Assembly: GCA_963674695.2 (NCBI GenBank)
Contig: CAXXGI010000001.1
Coordinates: forward strand, 960,001 to 1,024,000
DNA from: a bacterium
GTDB taxonomy: Bacteria; UBA10199; 2-02-FULL-44-16; JAAZCA01
Direction: 5' to 3'
DNA: 64,000 nucleotides
Below the pieces are notes generated by a model. It did not search any database and was not told the DNA's origin. It was given only the letters and a program-made list of their open reading frames with translations. Shown here in pieces: positions 56,559 through 64,000 of this stretch; position 1 is the first letter of the stretch, and each line of letters begins with the position of its first letter. Both the position numbers and the translations under genes were made by a program.

Positions 56559-56600
56559 TGTCATTCCCGCGAAGGCGGGAATGACAAAATGCGGGAATGA
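56559..56600. repeat. Collapsed REP-like palindrome
   Basis: TTGTCATTCCCGCGAAGGCGGGAATGACAA followed by GCGGGAATGAC. Confidence 0.75.
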
Positions 56601-56620
56601 CCGTCATAAAGGAGCATTCG

Positions 56621-57631
56621 ATGAAACGTATTATTGCCGGACTGTTCTCCCTGCTCGCCTGCTTTCTCATCGCCACGCCGGTGCATGCCCTCTCCGAGAT
56701 CAAGATCGCGATCCTCGCCCCGGAGGGAAGTGCGTGGCACAAGGTGATGACCGCGTGGAGCGCTGAATTGGAAAAACGCACCAGCGGACGCCTCACGCTC
56801 AAGATCTATGCGGGTGGCGTTCTGGGTGATGAAAAGGATGTCATTCGCAAGATGCGCATCGGCCAGGTACACGCCGCCGGCTTCACCGGACTCGGGCTCG
56901 GCATCATCAACCCGGAAGTGCGCGTGCTCGAACTCCCCATGCTCGTGGAGAACTATGCCGAAGCGGATGCGGTCACCAAAAAACTGCAGCCCAAGATCGA
57001 AGCGGGGTTCGGCAAGAAGGGATTCGAACTCTTGGGCTGGGCCGAGACGGGGTTTATCAACATTTTCTCCACCACGCCGATCGCCTCGCGCAAGGACATG
57101 GACGGAAAAAAGATGTGGGCCTGGGAGGGCGACCCGCTGGTGCAGACGATGTACGAGGCCTTCAAGATCTCGCCCGTACCGTTGCCGATCACCGAGGTGC
57201 GCACGTCTCTCCAGACGCGCTTGATCGATGCCATCTACACGCCGCCGCTGGGCGCGATCGCCCTACAGTGGTATTCGCAAACGCCCTACATGACCGATCT
57301 GAAACTCGCCGACGCCACCGGCGGCATCCTGATCTCGAAGCGCGCGCTCGCTGGAATCGCCGCAGGCGACCGGGCGATCCTCAAGGAGACCGCGCGCACC
57401 TATGCGAAACAACTCGTCGCCCGCACACGCGAGGACAACGAAAAATCGTATGCGACGCTCAAACAAGCGGGGGTCACGACGGTGAAGGTGCCACCCGAAG
57501 AGGTCGAGCGCATCCGCACGACCAGCCGCACCGTCTGGACGAAACTCGTCGGCACGCTCTATCCGAAAGCACTCTTGGATGAAGCCATCGCCGCGGTCGA
57601 AGAATATCGCCAAACACACAAATCCAAATGA
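56621..57631 (+). CDS. dctP: TRAP transporter substrate-binding protein
   Basis: KIAILAPEGSAW, YAGGVLGDE, KMRIGQ; AAGGAG SD. Confidence 0.92.
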   Translation: MKRIIAGLFSLLACFLIATPVHALSEIKIAILAPEGSAWHKVMTAWSAELEKRTSGRLTLKIYAGGVLGDEKDVIRKMRIGQVHAAGFTGLGLGIINPEVRVLELPMLVENYAEADAVTKKLQPKIEAGFGKKGFELLGWAETGFINIFSTTPIASRKDMDGKKMWAWEGDPLVQTMYEAFKISPVPLPITEVRTSLQTRLIDAIYTPPLGAIALQWYSQTPYMTDLKLADATGGILISKRALAGIAAGDRAILKETARTYAKQLVARTREDNEKSYATLKQAGVTTVKVPPEEVERIRTTSRTVWTKLVGTLYPKALLDEAIAAVEEYRQTHKSK

Positions 57632-57762
57632 CGAAATCCAAAATCCAAAACAATACCTAATGTCTCAACTCAGAAATCAACGGATCTATTCGTCATTGAA
57701 TATTGGACATTGGGGTTTGTTTTGAAATTTGGATTTCGACATTGGGATTTATCGATTCGACG
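57618..57762. repeat. AT-rich inverted degenerate heptamer arrays (AAATCCA / TGGATTT) between dctP and dctQ
   Basis: caaatccaaatgacgaaatccaaaatccaaa ... ttggacattggggtttgttttgaaatttggatttcgacattgggattt. Confidence 0.75.
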
Positions 57763-57777
57763 ATCACGGGAGTTCCT

Positions 57778-58329
57778 TTGAAAGAAGACGCACACCACAG
57801 TCACCCCATCGTCACCATCGCCACCTTCTTCGATCGGACGTTCGCCTGGATCGTGGCGACCCTCCTGATCGTCATGTTGCTGTCCATGACGGGACTCGTG
57901 GCCGGGCAAGTCGTGCTGCGCAATATCTTCAACAGCGGAATCGCCTGGGCGGATATCGCCAGTCGTCATATGGTGCTCTGGATCGCCTTCCTCGGCGCCA
58001 TGCTCGCCACGCGTAATCGCCAACACATCGCGATCGATGCGCTCACCCGCCTCATCCCGAGGCGCGCGCGCAACAGCGTGCGCATCTTTTTGGATCTCGT
58101 CGCCTGTGGCGTCTGCCTCCTCTTGGCCCGTGCCGCACTCGACTTCGTGCTCATGGAGCGCGCGGCCCAAACTGAACTCTTCATCGGCATCCCCGCATGG
58201 ATCGCACAGGCGATCATCCCGTTCGGATTCGCCATGATGGCACTGGAATATGCTATTGGCGTCGGACTCGACATCTATCGCATCGTCACCAACGTCCCCG
58301 GGCACATCGCCGGAAGGGGGCGCTTGTGA
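57778..58329 (+). CDS. dctQ: TRAP transporter small permease
   Basis: QVVLRNIF, LWIAFLGAMLA, HIAID; TTG start inferred from GGGAG SD. Confidence 0.88.
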   Translation: MKEDAHHSHPIVTIATFFDRTFAWIVATLLIVMLLSMTGLVAGQVVLRNIFNSGIAWADIASRHMVLWIAFLGAMLATRNRQHIAIDALTRLIPRRARNSVRIFLDLVACGVCLLLARAALDFVLMERAAQTELFIGIPAWIAQAIIPFGFAMMALEYAIGVGLDIYRIVTNVPGHIAGRGRL

Positions 58330-59600
58330 CCGCCCTTTACGTGATCGCGCTCCTGCTCTGTGCCATCTGCGGCGCACCGCTCTTTGTCATCATCGGCGGC
58401 ATCGCGCTGGCACTGTTCTATGCCGTCGGCATCGATGCGCAGGCAGTTATCATCGAGATGTATCGGCTGGCCAGCGCGCCGATGCTGGTCGCCATTCCGC
58501 TCTTCACCTTCGCCGGTTTTCTTTTGGCCGAATCGAGCTCGCCCAAGCGACTCGTCAACCTCTACCGCGCGATCTTTGGCTGGATGCCGGGCGGACTCGC
58601 GATCGTCTCCTTCATCGCCTGCGCCTTCTTCACCGCCTTCACCGGCGCCTCGGGCGTGACGATCATCGCCCTCGGTGGCCTGCTCTATCCGATCCTCACC
58701 TCGGAACAGTATTCGGAGAAGTTTTCCCTGGGGCTTTTGACCACGAGCGGAAGCCTGGGGCTGCTCTTTCCGCCGAGCCTGCCGCTCATCCTCTTCGCGA
58801 TCGTCGCCCAGGTAAACGTCGATGCGCTCTTTCTGGCGGGGATCGTGCCCGGCACGCTGCTGATCGTGCTGCTCTCGATCTACAGCATCTACACCGGGCG
58901 CAAACTGGGGATCCCGCGCACGCCCTTTCACCTCCGCACCATTCTCAAGGCCCTGCGGGAAGCAATCTGGATCATCCCGCTCCCGTTCATCGTGCTCGTC
59001 GGCATCTACGGCGGTTTCTTCACCGCCTCCGAGGCCGCGGCGATCACGGTGATCTACGTCCTCATCGTCGAAGTCTTCATCTATCGCGACATCTCGATCA
59101 CACGCGATATCCCACGCATCGTGCGCGACTCGATGATCCTGGTCGGCGGCGTGCTCATGATCCTGGGCTGCGCGTTGGGGCTTACGAACTACATGGTCGA
59201 CGAACAGATACCGATGAAGGCGATCGAGTTGATGCGTACCTGCATCAGCAGTCGCATCATGTTTTTGGCGCTGCTCAACGTCTTCCTCCTCATCGTCGGC
59301 TGTCTGATGGACATCTTCTCCGCCACGATCGTCGTGGTGCCGCTCATCCTCCCGATCGCAAAGGAGTTCGGCGTCGATCCGATTCACCTCGGCATCATCT
59401 TTCTCACCAACCTCGAGATCGGATACTCCACGCCGCCGGTCGGCATGAACCTCTTCATCTCGAGCTTCCGTTTCAAAAAACCGATTCCACAGCTCTACCG
59501 CGCATCGCTCCCCTTCCTGGGCGTACTCTTCATCGCGCTCATCATCATCACCTATGTACCGGATCTGTCGCTCTGGTTGGTACAGCTGTTTGGGAGGTAA
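58326..59600 (+). CDS. dctM: TRAP transporter large permease
   Basis: AIPLFTFAG, GLLFPPS, AGIVPG, TASEAA, GVDPIHLG, TPPVGMNLF; GTGA overlap with dctQ. Confidence 0.95.
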   Translation: MTALYVIALLLCAICGAPLFVIIGGIALALFYAVGIDAQAVIIEMYRLASAPMLVAIPLFTFAGFLLAESSSPKRLVNLYRAIFGWMPGGLAIVSFIACAFFTAFTGASGVTIIALGGLLYPILTSEQYSEKFSLGLLTTSGSLGLLFPPSLPLILFAIVAQVNVDALFLAGIVPGTLLIVLLSIYSIYTGRKLGIPRTPFHLRTILKALREAIWIIPLPFIVLVGIYGGFFTASEAAAITVIYVLIVEVFIYRDISITRDIPRIVRDSMILVGGVLMILGCALGLTNYMVDEQIPMKAIELMRTCISSRIMFLALLNVFLLIVGCLMDIFSATIVVVPLILPIAKEFGVDPIHLGIIFLTNLEIGYSTPPVGMNLFISSFRFKKPIPQLYRASLPFLGVLFIALIIITYVPDLSLWLVQLFGR

Positions 59601-59606
59601 ACCTGT

Positions 59607-59678
59607 TGTCATTGCCCGACGTGATCGGGCAATCTCGATCGGTCTCACGGGATCCTCCGGTCAAGCCGGAGGATGACA
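59607..59678. repeat. REP-like palindrome doublet
   Basis: GTCATTGCCCGACGTGATCGGGCAATC...GATCCTCCGGTCAAGCCGGAGGATGACAA. Confidence 0.8.
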
Positions 59679-59719
59679 AAACGTTATGATCGGATTTATC
59701 GGCAGGGCGTCAATACACA

Positions 59720-59866
59720 TCACAGCAGAAAAAAATCGGCGAAGCAGTGGCGTTTGGATTCGAAGCACTTGTAGATCAGACGGATGTACTTATAGAGACC
59801 GAACTGACGGATGAGTGTGACCGGATGGGAGAGAACGTGCTTAGTGGTGATGACGCCGCGTAACAT
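59720..59866 (-). CDS. Small 48-aa basic protein
   Basis: MLRGVITTKHVLSHPVTLIRQFG...; GGAGG SD; sigma54-like motif upstream. Confidence 0.6.
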   Translation of the reverse strand: MLRGVITTKHVLSHPVTLIRQFGLYKYIRLIYKCFESKRHCFADFFLL

Positions 59867-59892
59867 GATGATGACCTCCACCCTCTTTTGAT

Positions 59893-59908
59893 TGCATAAA
59901 CGATGCCA
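59893..59908 (-). promoter_or_regulatory. Putative sigma54 promoter
   Basis: Minus strand TGGCATC-GTTT-ATGCA. Confidence 0.55.
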
Positions 59909-60027
59909 GATGGAGACGGCCACGCCGCCCAAAAACCTCTCATCATTTCAGCTCGTTATAGAATCGAGCCGAACCCCTCCCTCTCGAATTGAGGGCTTAT
60001 CTCCCCTGCGGTGGGGATTCTGACGCC

Positions 60028-62898
60028 TCAATAGATGGAGACCTCTTCGATGAGTCGGGCGAGGTTATACTGCACCTCGATCGGAATACGCTCGAGGCCG
60101 CCGAGCACATCGACATCTGTCACCACCCCCGTCCGGACATCGATCCCGATGTGAACGATAACCTCATCGTTTCCGCAGGTGAGGATGTCTGCTGTCGGGG
60201 CATAGGCACCGAACGCGCCGCTGTTGCGATCCATGAGCGCGCAGAACTCCAAGCGATTCGCGACCGGCGTCTCGCCCTGAACGAACATTCGAAACGTCGC
60301 ATCGCCGAAGAATTCCATATTCCGTTCATGCGCCTTGGCAAAGTCTGCCTGCGAATCCCGTTTGACGCTGCCGCGCGCACGCCGATGCACCTCCACCGTG
60401 GGACCTGCTTTGGTCGCAGTTGCCGCCTTGGCATTTGCCGCATCTCCGCCATGATGATGATACGCGGCGATCGTGATGTTATCGGAATTGGTGGAGGGCG
60501 TTCGGCTGCGCATACGTCGGATCGCGACGACCCGAAGTCGTTCGCAAACCTGTTGGGGAGCCTGCTCCTGGGCGATGACCCCATGAGCCACATCGTGCAT
60601 CACCGATGCGATCACGTCCCGCACTTCCGTGGTCTCGATATTATCCCAGAGTCCATCGGAGGCGAGCAGGACCCAGTCGTTCAGCTCGAGCACCACCTCG
60701 CCGGAGAGTTCGGGCGCATCCGTCAGCACCGATTTGGTAACGATATTGTTGTACGGATGCAAGCGCATCTCGATCGTACTGCGCACCTGCTGCGCGTCGC
60801 GCAACTCCTGTACGAAGGAGTGATCCTTCGTTCGATGCTTGACCACATAGGAAGCATCTTTCGCCTGGCGCAAGAGCATGCCGCGCGCATCACCGATGTG
60901 TGCAAACCGAACAACGCCCGCCGCCGGATCGATCTGCGCGGCGACCACCACGGCGTTTGGCGGATGTTGGCGATTCCTTCGCGTCGTAAGCCCGCGCACC
61001 ATCGGACGCGCACGCGCAAAGGCCGCGGTCAAATCGTTGCTCGTTTCGAGGGCCAAGAGCGCCTCCTCGACGAAGACGCGCGAGGCCTCCTCGCCGGCGG
61101 CGTGCCCGCCCATCCCATCGGCGACAATGATGGCAAAGGGAGCGGGCGCTCCTTCCTGCGCGTGCGCAATGATCGTACCGATACCATCCTCGTTGATCCC
61201 ATTTGGATTCGAAAGTTTGGCGACACCCTTGTCGGTGAATCCGTAAAAATCGCCACTCGAGATGCGCTGATGATAGGACCCGTCGCGCCCCCCCAGGATA
61301 GAGGCCGAACCGGCTGCGGGCTTGGTATTCTTCGGCCTGCGTCGCAACAGGCGCACAAAGATTCGCGGGATCGTGACCGACCCACGCTCGCTGGCAAGAG
61401 CCGCCGCCACCCTCTGCGTCAACTCCGCTTGCGTCATCCGCTCGAGCGCCTCCGCCGAAAGGCGCACGATCTGCAAGGCGCCACTGCCGGCGCCGCGCAC
61501 GGTGAGATAGGCACAGGAACCGACGATATCGAGTCCGGAGAGATGATAGCCTGCACGCGCAAGAGTGGCGCCGAGCTTTACCGATGCCGCGAGCGCGATA
61601 CGCGTGCGCGATGCACCCGATGCTGCGAGCCGTCGCAGTGAACCCAGGCCCGCGCGCGCCGCAAGCTCGCCGCGCAGGACGAGCGCCGGCGCTTCGGCGA
61701 CGAGCAGGACGAGCGCGCCGGTCATGACGACCTGGCTCACCTCCTGCGACTTATCGCGGGCATATTCCGCCTCGGCTTTGGTGAGTGCATCGGCGTCCGG
61801 CGGAAGCGTGTCCGTCGCCCATCGATAGAGGGCGTGTCCTCCCTGCCAGAGCATGAGCGGGAGGTCGGTGATGATGCGCAGGGCGCCCTTGCCCACCATC
61901 GCATTCGTATCGGCGACCGAGGCATGCCCCATGCCCGTCATCATCGTCCGCTTGGACAGCGCGCGCGCAAGCTCCTCCACGCCCCGGTGAACGGCGGGCG
62001 AATCGACATCGATCTTCGCGCCCAGGATCTCTTCGTCAATCCCGGTGCGAAAGGCGAAACGCTTGAGGCGCATCACGGCATCGACGAGATCCCCCTCGAG
62101 CGCGGCGACGCGATCGTGTTTCTGCTCCGGCAGACACCACTCGATGCGACCATCGCTCGTCCAGGACTCGACCATCCCGATTGCCTTCGGATCGATGAGC
62201 GGCACCACGATGTCAGGGGCATCTTCCAACGGCAACTGAATCTGCGTGAGCGTGAGGGCCAACTCGAAGAGCATGGCACTGCGCTGCGAACCGGGCTCGA
62301 TGCGATCGTCGAGGAAGTGCCAATAGAGCCCGGATGCCTTGAGCGCGTCTGCCACCCCGTTGTCCTCGAGAGCGATGAGCTCCTCGCTCCCCTCGAGATC
62401 GTGCTCGATATATTCCTGAAGTTCGGCGGGAACGGACTGGCTAAAGATTGCCTCACGCTGAGAGGAGAGATCGGCACGCGCCTGTGTCGCATCGCGCCCG
62501 TTGACGATGGCACCGAAGAAGGCGTGCTTGGATGCGCGCAAGGCTTCGAGTCGATCGGAGGTCGCGGCCTCAAGCGAAAAGGCCTGGATCGGTTCCGCTT
62601 CAAGTGGACCAAAGCGATTGGCATTGCTCAAAAGCGCTTCAACGCGATCCGAGAAGAGGGCCTGCGCCTCCGCCGAGAGGTCGAAGCCATCGACGACGCC
62701 ATCGGGAAGAACATCCGCACCCGTGCGATCCGCCTCGGCGAGCAGCTCCTCGAGCTCACACAGTTGGGCATCGTCGAGCCCGCCCTGGCGTGCCCGATCC
62801 ATCAGCGCATGAATATCGATGCGAAACCCCGCTCCCACGCACAATCCTCCCTGAGGAAAAAAGACCCTCGGGTCAAACCAATGCAAGGAGGGGGCCAA
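60028..62898 (-). CDS. Large protein with PP2C/PPM Ser/Thr phosphatase domain
   Basis: INEDG, VADGMGGH, AHIGDAR, TKDHS, LASDGLWD, DNIT; unassigned N-terminal ~600 aa; start uncertain. Confidence 0.82.
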   Translation of the reverse strand: MAPSLHWFDPRVFFPQGGLCVGAGFRIDIHALMDRARQGGLDDAQLCELEELLAEADRTGADVLPDGVVDGFDLSAEAQALFSDRVEALLSNANRFGPLEAEPIQAFSLEAATSDRLEALRASKHAFFGAIVNGRDATQARADLSSQREAIFSQSVPAELQEYIEHDLEGSEELIALEDNGVADALKASGLYWHFLDDRIEPGSQRSAMLFELALTLTQIQLPLEDAPDIVVPLIDPKAIGMVESWTSDGRIEWCLPEQKHDRVAALEGDLVDAVMRLKRFAFRTGIDEEILGAKIDVDSPAVHRGVEELARALSKRTMMTGMGHASVADTNAMVGKGALRIITDLPLMLWQGGHALYRWATDTLPPDADALTKAEAEYARDKSQEVSQVVMTGALVLLVAEAPALVLRGELAARAGLGSLRRLAASGASRTRIALAASVKLGATLARAGYHLSGLDIVGSCAYLTVRGAGSGALQIVRLSAEALERMTQAELTQRVAAALASERGSVTIPRIFVRLLRRRPKNTKPAAGSASILGGRDGSYHQRISSGDFYGFTDKGVAKLSNPNGINEDGIGTIIAHAQEGAPAPFAIIVADGMGGHAAGEEASRVFVEEALLALETSNDLTAAFARARPMVRGLTTRRNRQHPPNAVVVAAQIDPAAGVVRFAHIGDARGMLLRQAKDASYVVKHRTKDHSFVQELRDAQQVRSTIEMRLHPYNNIVTKSVLTDAPELSGEVVLELNDWVLLASDGLWDNIETTEVRDVIASVMHDVAHGVIAQEQAPQQVCERLRVVAIRRMRSRTPSTNSDNITIAAYHHHGGDAANAKAATATKAGPTVEVHRRARGSVKRDSQADFAKAHERNMEFFGDATFRMFVQGETPVANRLEFCALMDRNSGAFGAYAPTADILTCGNDEVIVHIGIDVRTGVVTDVDVLGGLERIPIEVQYNLARLIEEVSIY

Positions 62899-63047
62899 AT
62901 GAGCACACCGGAGGGAAAGAGCTATTCTCTTGATATGATTGAATGTTCAGCGTGTCGCTACAGTGGGACCGCGCGGATCACCCCCCTCTGTCGGGGGGAT
63001 GAGGCCCCAAAAAGGCGAGCGCTGGCACCGGCCGATTGGCCGTGAAT

Positions 63048-63524
63048 CTACCGATATTCGAGCCCGATGAGCTCATAGAGGCGCACGCCCTTGGGCGTCT
63101 TCACGCGCACCTCGTCCCCCTCCTCGCGACCGATGAGCGCACGCGCGATGGGGGATTCGATCGAGATCTTCCCCTCCGTCACATCCGCCTCGGCGGTGCC
63201 GACGATCATGTAGGTGACTTCATCACCGGATTCGACGTCGGAGAGGGTCACCGTCGCGCCGAAGACCACCTTTTCCGACTCGATCGTCGCCGGATCGATG
63301 ACCTGTGCGAGCGAGAGGCTGTGTTCGATCTCCTGGATCTGACGGGAGATCTGCTGCTGGCGTTCCTTGGCGGCATCGTAGTCCGCGTTCTCCGACAGGT
63401 CGCCGTGATCCCTGGCGGTTTCGATCGCCGCCACATTGCGTGGCCGCTCCACCTGCTTGAGATTCTTGAGTTTTTTCTGAAGTTTGAGTTGCCCCTGGGG
63501 GGTCATCGGGACGCGCTGTTCCAT
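63048..63524 (-). CDS. greA: Transcription elongation factor GreA
   Basis: ARDHGDLSENADYDAAKE, VFGATV, ISIESPIARALIG; GAGGAGG SD. Confidence 0.97.
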   Translation of the reverse strand: MEQRVPMTPQGQLKLQKKLKNLKQVERPRNVAAIETARDHGDLSENADYDAAKERQQQISRQIQEIEHSLSLAQVIDPATIESEKVVFGATVTLSDVESGDEVTYMIVGTAEADVTEGKISIESPIARALIGREEGDEVRVKTPKGVRLYELIGLEYR

Positions 63525-63537
63525 GGCATGCCTCCTC

Positions 63538-63573
63538 AAAAATAAGCCGCCCCCCGGATGAGCCGGGGAGCGG
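63538..63573 (-). terminator. Terminator-like hairpin in the greA leader
   Basis: Minus strand GC-rich stem CCGCTCCCCGG..CCGGGGGGCGG followed by CTTATTTTT, then the SD. Confidence 0.6.
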
Positions 63574-63662
63574 ACGAGACTGGCTTTTTCTAGCATCCCC
63601 CTGGCGACTCCGTCAAGGGGACAGCGTGGGCAATCGCCGCGCCCCCTCGAAGCAATTCTGAA

Positions 63663-63690
63663 TTGACAGGATCGCCCATTCTGTTATACG
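63663..63690 (+). promoter_or_regulatory. Putative sigma70 promoter
   Basis: TTGACA ... TGTTATAC upstream of ORF 63734. Confidence 0.5.
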
Positions 63691-63733
63691 ACGCGCCCTC
63701 ATCTACGAGACACTAACACCCAGGAGCAAACCC

Positions 63734-64000
63734 ATGACGACACCACTTGGAATGACCGCCCCTATGACCATCGTCCCCGCCGACGTCGCCTTCATGTCGA
63801 CCCAGCCCGGATTCGAGGCCTGGGCACAGGACGTCTATTTCACCGCCATGGAGGAGGGGGTCGACCTCACGCCTGAAATCGCCAGCCAGGCCAACAGCGC
63901 CTTCGGTGTGGTCGAACGCGATGCGGTCCATCTGGCAGGGCTGATCAACCAACCCACAATCGATCCAAACGGCGAGCTCCACCCCGAACGCTGGGGGCTC
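63734..64000 (+). CDS. Hypothetical protein, N-terminal fragment (runs off window)
   Basis: AGGAG SD, ATG at 63734, frame open to the window end (MTTPLGMTAP...). Confidence 0.55.
   Translation, partial: MTTPLGMTAPMTIVPADVAFMSTQPGFEAWAQDVYFTAMEEGVDLTPEIASQANSAFGVVERDAVHLAGLINQPTIDPNGELHPERWGL

Noticed and set aside
55655-59600. TPR lipoprotein with TRAP transporter as a novel system
   Set aside because: Matches the already described TatT/TatP (TPAT) arrangement
59989-61641. 550-aa plus-strand ORF (and 52828-54381)
   Set aside because: Antisense to the PP2C protein and the lipoprotein, which carry clear motifs

Overview
GC-rich bacterial window. The MYXO-CTERM-like sorting tails and sigma54/sigma28-type promoters suggest a deltaproteobacterial or Myxococcota-related lineage (inference). 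Housekeeping genes (ricT/PSP1 fragment, metG, split metH, queD, nfuA-like, thyX, class II nrdJ with NrdR and DnaA boxes, a TatT-TRAP transporter, greA) are interleaved with surface proteins (FG-GAP/Ig, LRR, thrombospondin-3, Cys-repeat) and large proteins I could not assign to any family. No rRNA, tRNA, CRISPR array or transposase was recognised. Main candidates for novelty: (1) an intact operon of complex I membrane-arm paralogues (nuoA-X-H-J-K-L-M-N). It has no nuoB-G/I, the peripheral-arm docking loops are deleted, most proton-pumping Glu/Lys/His residues are replaced (often by Gln), and a secreted TPR-like protein sits where the hydrophilic-arm genes normally are. (2) A BrnQ transporter fused to a butyrate-kinase domain with degenerate catalytic motifs. 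(3) A variant sigma28-like promoter (GCAACWTT-N11-NCCGATAA) mostly in front of unassigned genes. (4) Several families of non-coding structured repeats: 7/8-mer arrays running from stop codon to RBS, a ~155-nt core with swapped perfect closing stems, a covarying hairpin family, and REP doublets with nested insertion or long direct repeats. All family calls and residue alignments were made by eye, without database searches.
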